The notes beneath the pieces were generated by a model, which ran no database searches, had not been told where the DNA came from, and saw only the letters and a program-made list of their open reading frames with translations. Shown here piece after piece: positions 27,104-36,521 of a stretch of DNA of 64,000 bases. The position numbers and the translations under genes were made by a program. The DNA is taken from IMG/VR virus record IMGVR_UViG_3300047322_000758. One strand, given 5' to 3'. The number at the start of each line of letters is the position of its first letter. Within the stretch, counting starts at the first letter, position 1. Source of the DNA: an uncultured virus (IMG/VR IMGVR_UViG_3300047322_000758) (Duplodnaviria > Heunggongvirae > Uroviricota > Caudoviricetes).

Positions 27104-27639
27104 TAATAACCACCATAGGCTCTATCACATGCGCTCCCTCTCCATATGGCAAGTCGAGGATTATGTAATCGAGTATCGCCATCGCCTCGGCGGCCTGCTC
27201 TGGCGACGTAAAGTACGCCAGCGGTGTGATAACGACGCCGTGATCTATGTAGAGCACGATGGACTTACGTCCCGGCAGTTCGCCAATGTGCAACGCCGGA
27301 TGAGACTTGTGTTCACGTGCCCAGCCGTGGTAGTTCATATACTCGCCTTAGTCGGTTCGTCGAATGTCAACTGACGATTCATCTTGGGCCGTGGAGCCCG
27401 TGCTGCTTTCGGCGGGACGAACACCGGCTCAGCATTCCGCCAGGGATATAGGGTGCCCGTTTCGGCGCAGTAGTCGGCCCGCATGGCACCTGGCCCGTGT
27501 TCGTAGCCGCAGAATCCATAGGGCTTGCGATTGGAGTTGCAACGGCCACAGCGATGGTCGGGAAGCTCGCCAGCAGGCACAGTCTCTTCGGGCATGACCG
27601 TCTGAGCCCATTGGCTGAAACAGCTCATCGGTTCTTCGC

Positions 27640-28575
27640 TCATCGTCCAGTGCTCGCGCACGTTGGCGGAAGACAAACGGTTCCTGTTCCCGCCACTGCG
27701 CCACCTGATGTGCTCGTTCCACCAGGCAACGTGCTAGCGGGCGCACCACCACTTGACGAATTACCGCCCGTACTTGCAGGTGACCCCGATGAGGGAACAA
27801 CTGGAATCGTCGAGCCACAGAGCGGAGGGATGCACTGCACGACACCGCCCGTACCGCTTCCACCACTTGGCGTGGTGAAACCCGTCGAACCGCAGAGCGG
27901 GGGCAGGCAGGCCGGCTGAGGCGCAGGGCTCGGTGTGCCACCGCCACCGCCTGTTGAGCCACAAAGCGGCGGCAGGCACGGACCTGGCTGCGGGTTAGGC
28001 ACTGGTACGGGATTCGGACCAGGCTGTGGATTCGGCTGAGGCTGAACGCCGCTCACAGTCGCAAAGTCGCAAGTCCAGCTCTGGAATCCTGCAAATCCTA
28101 AGTAGGTTCCCGTGGCATAGCCACAGCCGAGCGAATTGCCTCCACCGACAATAATCGCCCAGTGCTCAGAACTATTCACAAATTGCTGTAGCGTGGCCGC
28201 TGCACTCGTTCCAGCGCCGTTGCCCGCCGCAATCTCTCCGACAAAGTTTCCCGCCCCGCAGCTAGAGAACAAGGAGAACGTCAGGCTCGCGTTGTGCGTC
28301 CCAGGCTGCCCTGCCGCTGCACGGTCAGCCGCTACCTGGCTCGCAACACAGGTAACCGAAGCCGTGATGACAAGTGGCGGTAGGCCTTGCTGCTGCCGGT
28401 ATTGGTTTATGAGCGTCGCCAAATCGCCTGGTGCGGCCTGGGAGTCTAAAGGCGGCAGTGGGGTCGCAGCCTCCGCCATTCTGATTATTACGACGAACGA
28501 GAACATTCCGACGAGCACAGTGTAGGCAAAGAGCGCCGTTATCAGCGCTATCCCAGCCGTCTTTAGTCGAAACAT
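27640..28575 (-). CDS. secreted CAP/SCP-domain protein with Cys-Pro repeats
   Basis: Signal/TM; LINQYRQQQGLPPL...GEIAAG...FVNSSEHWAII; four C[LI]PP[LT]C repeats. Confidence 0.75.
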   Translation of the reverse strand: MFRLKTAGIALITALFAYTVLVGMFSFVVIIRMAEAATPLPPLDSQAAPGDLATLINQYRQQQGLPPLVITASVTCVASQVAADRAAAGQPGTHNASLTFSLFSSCGAGNFVGEIAAGNGAGTSAAATLQQFVNSSEHWAIIVGGGNSLGCGYATGTYLGFAGFQSWTCDFATVSGVQPQPNPQPGPNPVPVPNPQPGPCLPPLCGSTGGGGGTPSPAPQPACLPPLCGSTGFTTPSGGSGTGGVVQCIPPLCGSTIPVVPSSGSPASTGGNSSSGGAPASTLPGGTSTSGGAVAGTGTVCLPPTCASTGR

Positions 28576-29112
28576 TTATGGCCTCCTGTCTTTCGGAACA
28601 GTTAAGAGGGGCGTTCTAAAGTGCACATGGTACGCTCCACCATTTTTGGTGTTTGGCTCTTCTCCGATAGGACCGCCTGAGGTGATAGTGTGTCCGAAGT
28701 CGGCATAGGCGACAAGCGCGTCTCTGTCGCCAGAGACGTCAAACCGTCCACGCTTGAGGTAGTAGACGACCCCACGAGCGCTGATATGGCTCAACGGCCA
28801 GGTGATGCTATCAGCCCACAATTCCCATCCTTCACGCTTTTCTTTCAAGCCAACATCGACCCAGGTAGACTCCCACCGACAGTTCTTCAGAAGACGTCCG
28901 CCGCGAGAGTACCCGATGCTGCCAGTCACCTCATAGCGCTCGAGATGGTCGCGTCTGCTCTGGGCACGAAACTGCTCTTCCGTACAGGTCGCGTAGTTCG
29001 GGGCCATGAGCATGGCGGCGAGCTTCGAAGCGGCAAACGGCGGCTTGTTGATTACCATCGGCAAGTGGTCCAGAAACGACTGGTAGACGAATCCAGCCTG
29101 GCGGTCGGTCAT
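28576..29112 (-). CDS. paralogue of virion/tail protein 51274-51723
   Basis: Shared GYSxGG, W..S.I.A.G...Y and D.L..Y.DFG blocks. Confidence 0.6.
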   Translation of the reverse strand: MTDRQAGFVYQSFLDHLPMVINKPPFAASKLAAMLMAPNYATCTEEQFRAQSRRDHLERYEVTGSIGYSRGGRLLKNCRWESTWVDVGLKEKREGWELWADSITWPLSHISARGVVYYLKRGRFDVSGDRDALVAYADFGHTITSGGPIGEEPNTKNGGAYHVHFRTPLLTVPKDRRP

Positions 29113-29753
29113 GACTTCTCCTTGCGCATCAGGATGATCTGCTGGCGCCATCGCACGGCATCCTTGCCGAGCTCCTCGATGAGCTTCTCCGGCTTGTCGA
29201 ACGTCAGCCTAAGAACGTAGGTGTTCAGCTGGCTCCGTATCGAGCGCAGCAGCATGGTCATTCCGTCGGGCACCTTGCCGTTGCGCTCCTCGACTCGAGT
29301 CCGTAGGTCGCCCTCGGAAAGCTCGATGGCGTCGGCGACATATTCAGCCGCCTCTTCCTGCGTCTTTCCCCGGACTTCCTCGCCAATCACCAGGCTCTTG
29401 ACCAGGCCCATCGCAGCCACCTGTGTTGGCGAGGCCGGCGGCTCCAGTGGGATGAGGTAGATTTCCGCCTGTCTGAGATAGAGATAGGCGTTGGTCTTCG
29501 ACATGCCCTTGGAAGCCAGATATGACTCGAAACTGGTATGGCCGAGGAGCTCATACAGCCTCTCATTGCGGATCATGAGCAGGACGACTCCGAGACGCTG
29601 CTCGTTCCTCGAGAGCTCGTTCCGAGCGAAGTCGACGAAGTTGTCCACGTCCGTTGCATACCGGCCGAGCTCCTGCTCGGTCATGACGTCCGGCCGTGCT
29701 GGCAGTTCCAGGTCAGACGCTGCGCGGTCGAGTGCAAGTGCCGTTTTGGCCAC
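29109..29753 (-). CDS. hypothetical, possibly HTH DNA-binding protein
   Basis: LYELLGHTSFESYL...GMSKTNAYLYL. Confidence 0.55.
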   Translation of the reverse strand: MAKTALALDRAASDLELPARPDVMTEQELGRYATDVDNFVDFARNELSRNEQRLGVVLLMIRNERLYELLGHTSFESYLASKGMSKTNAYLYLRQAEIYLIPLEPPASPTQVAAMGLVKSLVIGEEVRGKTQEEAAEYVADAIELSEGDLRTRVEERNGKVPDGMTMLLRSIRSQLNTYVLRLTFDKPEKLIEELGKDAVRWRQQIILMRKEKS

Positions 29754-29998
29754 AGTCAGCTCCGATCGACGGTCAGATGCTCGAAGAAGCGAATGACGTA
29801 TTCCAGCGACATCGCCAGATTCACGACGATAACGTCGGCAGCTGCCTCGCCGTTGTTGTTCGCTATTTTGCTCCGTGCTAGCGCTAGATATCCTCGCGCA
29901 TCAACTAGGTTCATCCTGAGAGCGTCGATTTCCGTGGTGTCCACCACAACCTTCAGCTGGATCTCCTGGGCGTCCATTTCAATTCCTCCTCTACTGAT

Positions 29999-31054
29999 TC
30001 ATGCATAACGAACTGCGCTATTTCCTCTTCCAAACTGTTGCTCATATCGAAACCTGCAAGAGCGGCAGCGGACATAGCTGCGCTTTGAAGTCGGACCACC
30101 GCAGTCACTACAGGTGCCTCGGGCCGCTTTTGCCCGAAAAGCACGCCAATAGTTTTGACTGCACTCAACAGAACAGAGGGCTTTTTGTGTTTTTGTGAGT
30201 GAGCGCGGCTTACGAAAACTCGTGCCGCAATGGACGCAGACGAGAGCCACGGTTCGGTAGATATCCGAGCATTCCTTTGAGCAAAAGAAAACTGTTTGCT
30301 TTCGTCTTATACTCCGAGTAGCTCGATGAATTTCCTTCCCACAGGTTCCGCAGGGAACGTCAATGCCGTTTCGCTGAGCGAGTCCGAAGCATTTGCGACT
30401 GCAATACTTGCGAGCTGATTGGTTGGCCCATTTCCGCCTTGCACCCCAGGACGGATATGTTCGGAACTCTTTGCCGCAAACCTCACACTTTATATAGGGA
30501 ACAGACGATGGGACCGCATAGATAATCAGTTCCGTGTGCGGGTCGTCGCTTGCACGGTCAAGGGCGGCATCCAGTTTTTCAACCTGTGCGTCATCCTTCC
30601 AAACCAAACCGTTGCAAGCGTCAAACACGAGCTTGCACATGTTGTCTATATCGCGGCGCTGGCGAGATTTTAGAAAGAACCGTACCCACACGCCAAATGA
30701 ACTACGGTCATCGGCAAACATTTTCGTATGCGTCCGAATGATGGACTCTGCGATGTGGGCCTCTGCCTCACGAGTACCTATTGGCGTATAGACGTGCCCA
30801 CCTCCGGTGATTGCCATGCGGGGGCGTTGCTTCGAGATTGGCTCGCCATTTATGACGAGTTGCACACGAACGCTGGATTTGGATACACCGCGAGGCAGAG
30901 GGAATGTGCGTGGCGGGACGGTAGACTGAAGAGGCATCAGAAGCTCAATCCTTCTGGCGTCAAGCCTCGGGCGGGTGACACCGCGCCGAGGCTCTGATTT
31001 ACCTTCAAGTCTACTCTGAATCTCACGCAGCTCTGAAGCCGAAAGTTTCAGCAT
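29999..31054 (-). CDS. rusA: RusA-like Holliday junction resolvase with C-terminal Zn-finger repeats
   Basis: PISKQRPR...DIDNMCKLVFDACNGLVWKDDAQV; repeated CxxCG...[YF]CSxxC. Confidence 0.75.
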   Translation of the reverse strand: MLKLSASELREIQSRLEGKSEPRRGVTRPRLDARRIELLMPLQSTVPPRTFPLPRGVSKSSVRVQLVINGEPISKQRPRMAITGGGHVYTPIGTREAEAHIAESIIRTHTKMFADDRSSFGVWVRFFLKSRQRRDIDNMCKLVFDACNGLVWKDDAQVEKLDAALDRASDDPHTELIIYAVPSSVPYIKCEVCGKEFRTYPSWGARRKWANQSARKYCSRKCFGLAQRNGIDVPCGTCGKEIHRATRSIRRKQTVFFCSKECSDIYRTVALVCVHCGTSFRKPRSLTKTQKALCSVECSQNYWRAFRAKAARGTCSDCGGPTSKRSYVRCRSCRFRYEQQFGRGNSAVRYA

Positions 31055-31104
31055 TTATACGGTCCAGCACTCCGGTGGAGGCAATGGGCAGGCGAACGAG
31101 AGGC

Positions 31105-32379
31105 TCATTCAGATACCTCGATACGATTAAACATCGGCAGATCCTCGCTCACCCGCTTCCGGCTCGCCACAACATCGGCCTCTTTGAGCTCGATGCCAAT
31201 AGCCCGCCGGTTGAGCCTTCGCGCAACCATCACAGTCGTCCCCGTACCGCTGAACGGGTCGAGTACTACGGCAGGGATAGGTTCACCCGCATCGCAGGTG
31301 CAGCCGGGCTCCCAGCCGATGCTTTGTTCAGCCGCTTCGAGTCGAATCGGATAGCCTGCCGTCTGATGGCGATTCGCTAGGCTTCGCGGACCGTTGGTCG
31401 TGCGATTGCCGGGGTTGCTGTAGCTCTTGTCAACCACCCGCCGCCACTGTGCCCCACACTTCGAGCAGCAGCCGTGCTCGCTGGTCCCCGCCTTGATGCA
31501 GCGCTCTGGCAGGCTCGGCGGGAAGGTGGCGTAGTGCTCGCCGTCATAGTCGCCGGCGCCGGCCGCGCTGAGATCCCACACACTGCGGGAGTTGCGCTGG
31601 CCGTCTGGCATGATTCCGCCGAGTAGAACGTCCTTGAAACTACTGTTGTTTCGGATACCCCTGCCAGACTCGGTCGTCTTTGGAAGGTCGTACGCTAGGG
31701 CGTTGTTCTTGCCGAATCTCGCTTGCGTCCCCTCCGCCTGCGCCTCCCGTATCGCCCACGCATCGAAGAAGTAGCGACCCTGCTTGGCGAACTGGTAGAT
31801 CATCTCGTGCGCCCGAGTCGGACGATCAGCCACACTTTCCGGAATCGGCGCCCGCTTGGCCCACACAATCTCGCTTCGCAAGATCCAGCCGTCATCCTGC
31901 ATCGCTATGGCAAGGCGGGCAGGAAGCATCATCAGCGACTTTGGCGGCAGACTCCACGGCTTGAGGCTTCCTGTATTCGATTCGCTCTTTGGATACAGCT
32001 TAAGGTTCTGAAGCATTGGACCATTGATAGGCCGCTGTATTCCACGCTCCTCTTTCCGGCCTTGGTTGCCCCATGAACCCGAATATGCGTCCCCGATATT
32101 CAGCCAAAGTGTCCCATCGTTCCGCACGACCCGCCGACACTCAGCCATGATCTGCACCATGTGCGCCAACCACATCTGCGGCGTCGGCTCCAGCCCGAGC
32201 GAGCCACGCCAACCATCCTCCCACTCCACCGCCGGCAACCCATAATCACGGAGCCCCCAATATGGAGGACTGGTCACGATGCAGTGGACGCATCCTGCCG
32301 GCATCGAACGCAGAACGTCGAGCGTATGACCCTGCTCGATATGCCATGGGAGCGATCCTGAGAGAACATCAGCATTCAT
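31105..32379 (-). CDS. DNA N4/N6 methyltransferase (beta class)
   Basis: TSPPYW, HYATFP and VLDPFSGTGTT; Zn-ribbon-like insertion. Confidence 0.9.
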   Translation of the reverse strand: MNADVLSGSLPWHIEQGHTLDVLRSMPAGCVHCIVTSPPYWGLRDYGLPAVEWEDGWRGSLGLEPTPQMWLAHMVQIMAECRRVVRNDGTLWLNIGDAYSGSWGNQGRKEERGIQRPINGPMLQNLKLYPKSESNTGSLKPWSLPPKSLMMLPARLAIAMQDDGWILRSEIVWAKRAPIPESVADRPTRAHEMIYQFAKQGRYFFDAWAIREAQAEGTQARFGKNNALAYDLPKTTESGRGIRNNSSFKDVLLGGIMPDGQRNSRSVWDLSAAGAGDYDGEHYATFPPSLPERCIKAGTSEHGCCSKCGAQWRRVVDKSYSNPGNRTTNGPRSLANRHQTAGYPIRLEAAEQSIGWEPGCTCDAGEPIPAVVLDPFSGTGTTVMVARRLNRRAIGIELKEADVVASRKRVSEDLPMFNRIEVSE

Positions 32380-32519
32380 ATGGACGCGCAGCCGTACGGA
32401 CAGAACCTCGGGCCTTCCATCGGCCGGAGCGTCCTACGCCCACAACCGCGGCAGAGGGTTGCTGCTCCAGCAAAGACCCAGCCCTTCAATGTCAGTGTTG
32501 CCGCACGGGTTTTAACGGT

Positions 32520-32536
32520 CGTCCCAACTTGGGACG
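32520..32536. repeat. dispersed 17-bp palindrome, copy 4
   Basis: CGTCCCAACTTGGGACG, extending to 23 bp (32517-32539), inside ORF 32376-32654. Confidence 0.85.
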
Positions 32537-32838
32537 ACCATCCCTGACATGTTGCGCACTGTTGCGGCAATCGGTTCTGGGCGATAACGGTCCAGGTCCG
32601 ATCGCAGTTGTCGCAGTACGCCGTATATCCCTCCTCGTCAATAAATCGAATCACGACTCCTCCGTCATTTCGGTCGTCAGATTATTCGCCGAGAAACACA
32701 AGGCAAAGCCGGTTCCGGCGATCTGGACCCAGACCAGTGACTCGCCCGGCAAGGCTTCCTCGGCTATCTGCGTTACCTGGCCGCGGTTGCCTGCCAGAGT
32801 GCCGAGCCTGACTTCAACCCGGTCTCCGATTTTGATGG

Positions 32839-33648
32839 TCACTCTCGCCTCCTGTCGGGGCCCGTGGTGTCGACCACGGAGCTCAGGTCGCCGAGGATAC
32901 GACTCCAGTTCCTGTCGTTCGTGGGTGGGTCGGTGATGTTGCTCGTGAAGATGGTCAGCCGTCGGTGAACGTAGCGATCGTTGACCAGCGCATACACCTG
33001 CTGGCCGGACCAGTCGCTCGGCTTCTCGGCGCCGAGGTCGTCGAGCACGAGCACGTCGACTTCCTTGGCGTCTCCCATGACGCTATCGACGCTACGGTCC
33101 GTGCGCCCGAAGGTCGATTGCAGCGCGGTCAGAAGGTCGGGCACCGTCATCAGCTTGCACCGCAAGCCTTTCGAAGTCAGCGAGAAGGCCGCTGCAATGG
33201 CGGCATGCGTCTTGCCGGTCCCTGACGGCCCTGTGAGCACCAGGAAGGGCTTTGTCTCGCGACCGGAGCGGAGCCACCGCTCAACACCTCTCCTGGCATG
33301 AGATACGCCGGTCAGATTTGCGAACTGGTAGCGGTCGTGCTGCTCCCACGGCAGCGTCGGTGACAGCATCATCCGGCCAGTGGTGCAGTCAGGACAGGCG
33401 CGGTACTCGTACTCGAGCTCCTGGCCACGCTCTGTCACGTTGACGCGGCGTCTGCCGGTGCGCAGGAATCCCGCGTCATGACACCTGGCGCACTCCCAGT
33501 CTCGCTCGTCCATGCTTTTGCAGGGATGATCCTCGCAGGTGCAGATACAGCCCTTGCCGAAGACACCACAGCCTCGTAGGCGGTGCTCGGTCCGAATCTC
33601 GCGCAAGCGCTTGCGCAGGTCTTTGTCCAGGAGATTGACGAGGTTCAT
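32839..33648 (-). CDS. DnaC/IstB-like ATPase (helicase loader)
   Basis: GPSGTGKT, VLVLDDLGAE, RY...TIFTSN and an N-terminal Zn motif. Confidence 0.88.
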   Translation of the reverse strand: MNLVNLLDKDLRKRLREIRTEHRLRGCGVFGKGCICTCEDHPCKSMDERDWECARCHDAGFLRTGRRRVNVTERGQELEYEYRACPDCTTGRMMLSPTLPWEQHDRYQFANLTGVSHARRGVERWLRSGRETKPFLVLTGPSGTGKTHAAIAAAFSLTSKGLRCKLMTVPDLLTALQSTFGRTDRSVDSVMGDAKEVDVLVLDDLGAEKPSDWSGQQVYALVNDRYVHRRLTIFTSNITDPPTNDRNWSRILGDLSSVVDTTGPDRRRE

Positions 33649-34046
33649 ACGTGCCAGTTCAGATCGAATAGCTGGCCAATAGCACCCGACCAAGCGCTCG
33701 GGTCGAACCAGGCTTTTTCCTGCAAATTAAACGTCCAGATGAGCGCTTTCTCGGGCGTGTTGATACGCCTGCCTTCAATGGCGTAGCTGTTCTCATCGGG
33801 GGTACAGTCTTCATGCGCCCAAAGCCAAAACGCACTAGGGGCAGCGATCAACTCCTCGGCGACCGTATCCAGACTGACTAGGGCCGGCTTATTCTGATCG
33901 CCGCCACGGCCTCCAATGAAGGCACTCCGTTGATCCCGAAGCAGCTGCTGTCTGATTGCCTTGGAAATGGAGATGCTGAGAATCGCATCTTTAGTACGAA
34001 GCGGCTCATGGCAAATACCGCAGACTGGTTTCACCCATCCGTTCAT
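33645..34046 (-). CDS. hypothetical protein
   Basis: Coupled ORF between initiator and loader. Confidence 0.55.
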   Translation of the reverse strand: MNGWVKPVCGICHEPLRTKDAILSISISKAIRQQLLRDQRSAFIGGRGGDQNKPALVSLDTVAEELIAAPSAFWLWAHEDCTPDENSYAIEGRRINTPEKALIWTFNLQEKAWFDPSAWSGAIGQLFDLNWHV

Positions 34047-34930
34047 TGCTTCGCCTCCTCCGGGTAGGGCTCGTCGTCCCATTCGTAGTCAATGCCAGCG
34101 CGTCTCATGCGCTCGGCATTCTCGAGGTTTCGCTGGTGCCCGCGTTTAATTCTTTCTTCAAGGCTTAGCTCATTGACCGGCGTGCGACTATTTTGTCGCG
34201 AAGTTCCATTGCCACTGTTCTTGCTTTGCCAGGCGACCTCACGTCGCAGCCAGCCCCGCAAATACAGCACTTTGTTGCGAGCGCGGTCATATGCCTTGTG
34301 ATTCAAAGCTGATTCGATCTGTTCGCGAGCGTTGTCCGCTCCGAGGGATGGCCCAAACTCGTCTAAAAGCTGGGAAATATCTGCCTCCGTTGCGAGGCGC
34401 CGAACAGGCGGCGCGACAGCGCTCGTCAGTCCCGGTTCTGTTGACGGTTCTATATGGCGGTTACTATGACGGTTAGGCGACGTTTTAGCTTCACCCCTGT
34501 CACCCCTTTTTGCCCGGAATGTCACCCCTTTTACCGAAGATGTCACCGGTTTTACCTGATCTGTCACCCCTTTTTCTTGGCGACCATTTTGTCGCGACAA
34601 AATGTCACCCGTTTCTTTTGGGGGACGTCCATGGGGTCTAGAAACGAACGGCGATTTCTCCGATGCGAGCTCGAGATGCAACTGATACTCGATAGGCTGT
34701 CTGCCCCCGCGTCCGTAGGCAACTACCTCTACGAGCCCGGCGGTGCGGAGTTTATGTAAGACCCTCTGAGCCTGCCTTACTGAATACCCGCACTTCCAGG
34801 CAAGGAGTTCAACGCTCGGGAAGCATTTGCTCCCATCGTCATGGGCGCAGTCTGCCAGCGCCATAAGCACCCATGCCTGCTCGTGCGATAGGTCCAAGTC
34901 CCAGACCAGTGACATTTGGCGAATACTCAT
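34043..34930 (-). CDS. replication initiator (N-terminal winged HTH, lambda O-like)
   Basis: VLMALADCA...CFPSVELLA...SVRQAQRVL; internal iterons; upstream of the DnaC-like gene. Confidence 0.82.
   Translation of the reverse strand: MSIRQMSLVWDLDLSHEQAWVLMALADCAHDDGSKCFPSVELLAWKCGYSVRQAQRVLHKLRTAGLVEVVAYGRGGRQPIEYQLHLELASEKSPFVSRPHGRPPKETGDILSRQNGRQEKGVTDQVKPVTSSVKGVTFRAKRGDRGEAKTSPNRHSNRHIEPSTEPGLTSAVAPPVRRLATEADISQLLDEFGPSLGADNAREQIESALNHKAYDRARNKVLYLRGWLRREVAWQSKNSGNGTSRQNSRTPVNELSLEERIKRGHQRNLENAERMRRAGIDYEWDDEPYPEEAKQ
34498..34614. repeat. iterons / putative replication origin
   Basis: TGTCACC(C/G)(C/G)TTT at 34498, 34520, 34541, 34562 and 34603; perfect 20-bp palindrome CATTTTGTCGCGACAAAATG at 34585-34604. 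Confidence 0.78.
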
Positions 34931-34934
34931 GCTC

Positions 34935-35690
34935 CTACTCCCATGGCGGCCCCTGTTGGAGTCTCAGGATGGCTTTGCCAGCCTCTTCACGGGTGAGGTT
35001 TGCAGGTGTTGCGTGAAACAGGTTCTCGCACCAGTCGGCTACCTGCCCCTCGGTCCATCCCTGAGCCTTCTCACCAAGCGAGTACAGCGCCTTCAGTTGC
35101 GACGTGGTCGCCTCGTTGTTTGCCGGAATGGTGGGGTCTTGACCGGATGGCTTGCTGCTGGCCGCAGGCTTAGGCTGGCTGGGCTCTGCAGTGGTAGTTG
35201 TGGGGGTCTGTGCTGCCGGTGCGCTGCGAGGCTGCTGAGCGGGCTCCTGGCGCGATTGTGGAGGTTTAGATTCAGCAGGCTTCGCAACAGGAGCGTCGGC
35301 CATGGCCGAGTCACCCTCATCGAAGTCGTCGGTGAACTGCGTTCCATAGCCCAGCGCCCCGAGCGCCCGGCCGAGGGATTTCGTCTCGCACTTCTCAATC
35401 CAGTTGGAGTTGCCGGCGAAATCAGCGGGAGTTTGCTTCGCCCATCCAGTTGCGCTGCCCCCCTGCGTGAGCATGACGCCGGTCGAACCGTCAATCTCAT
35501 CAGGGACTTTGACGGTTGCCTTAAACCAGACTTCCTCTTCGCCGCGGACGACGGCCTCTGTATTGATTTGGGCGTTTGGGTGGTCCTGCCGGAGCCAGAA
35601 GATGCGCCACTGGACCGGCAGATAAAACCTTGGAGTCTTGTTGGTGTTTTTCTCGAGGTTTATGAGGTAGTTTTCCGGGTCAAAGGTCAT
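34935..35690 (-). CDS. Rad52/Sak-like single-strand annealing protein
   Basis: YLPVQWRI...EKCETKSLGRALGALGYG; Pro-rich linker and C-terminal helical module. Confidence 0.65.
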   Translation of the reverse strand: MTFDPENYLINLEKNTNKTPRFYLPVQWRIFWLRQDHPNAQINTEAVVRGEEEVWFKATVKVPDEIDGSTGVMLTQGGSATGWAKQTPADFAGNSNWIEKCETKSLGRALGALGYGTQFTDDFDEGDSAMADAPVAKPAESKPPQSRQEPAQQPRSAPAAQTPTTTTAEPSQPKPAASSKPSGQDPTIPANNEATTSQLKALYSLGEKAQGWTEGQVADWCENLFHATPANLTREEAGKAILRLQQGPPWE

Positions 35691-35710
35691 GTGCGCTTCC
35701 TTTCTGGGTT

Positions 35711-36073
35711 CTATGCCCTGAGCATGCGCTCGAGCCGTCCAAATTCTTCTGCTGAGATACCGACCTTGTGTGTGCAGTAGTCGGTGGCGTTGTGTACCGC
35801 CTTCCAGTGATTGGCGATCATTTCAGCGTCTTTCCGGTCGAGCTCGACAAGCTCGCGCTCAGTATCGTGGTAGGCCGTATGGCTCATCTCGGCAGGACCA
35901 TGGCGAAGATAGTGGCAGTAGTAAGCGCAGATTTTGGCCTGGCATCCCATCGGGGCGTCCGGGCCCTCGCCCGCGGGAGACACGGCAATGAGGATTCTCT
36001 GTAGGAGATCCTCGATGCGCTCGAGCCGCTCGCTGTCCGTGACTTGCTTATTTCTGGGCGTGCGTGTAACCAT
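35711..36073 (-). CDS. hypothetical protein
   Basis: GAAAGG RBS. Confidence 0.55.
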   Translation of the reverse strand: MVTRTPRNKQVTDSERLERIEDLLQRILIAVSPAGEGPDAPMGCQAKICAYYCHYLRHGPAEMSHTAYHDTERELVELDRKDAEMIANHWKAVHNATDYCTHKVGISAEEFGRLERMLRA

Positions 36074-36114
36074 GGGGGTGCGCAACCTTTCTAAGAGTAA
36101 AGCCGCCGGGGACG

Positions 36115-36351
36115 TCAGGCTCCGACGGCTTTACTCTTTTCCTTTGCTTTGGTGATGGACGCCAGGAGCAGATCAGTCAGGTCGCCGGCATTTCTGTCGG
36201 CGATGATAACACCAGTCTGCGTGAGTGCCCACCGGATGATCGCCTCGCGGGATATCCCCCGTGTGGCCACAGCCGTCTCTACCTGGTAATACTCATCGTC
36301 ACTGAGTCGAATCGTGATTCTGGTCTCTCGTGGATTCTTCCTCTGTGGCAT
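36115..36351 (-). CDS. ribbon-helix-helix (CopG/Arc-like) regulator
   Basis: RITIRLSDDEY...GISREAIIRWAL. Confidence 0.7.
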   Translation of the reverse strand: MPQRKNPRETRITIRLSDDEYYQVETAVATRGISREAIIRWALTQTGVIIADRNAGDLTDLLLASITKAKEKSKAVGA

Positions 36352-36371
36352 AGCTATACCTCCTGCCTGTT

Positions 36372-36401
36372 ACTCTGTCACACTCTGTATACGCTTGTCA
36401 A
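36372..36401 (-). promoter_or_regulatory. promoter with direct-repeat operator for the replication operon
   Basis: TTGACA at 36396-36401; ACAGAGT repeated 10 bp apart over the -10 region. Confidence 0.5.
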
Positions 36402-36426
36402 GCCCTGCAACAACGGGACAACAGAA

Positions 36427-36448
36427 GAGCCCGCATTTCTGCGGACTC
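36427..36448 (-). terminator. intrinsic terminator after the lysin
   Basis: GAGTCCGCA-GAAA-TGCGGGCTC followed by TTCTGTT. Confidence 0.6.
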
Positions 36449-36521
36449 CTCTGCGACTCCAACTGCGACCGTCTTTTAGGAGGAACAGTCAAGGTTCATC
36501 GTAGGCGCCAGTGCGGAAATG

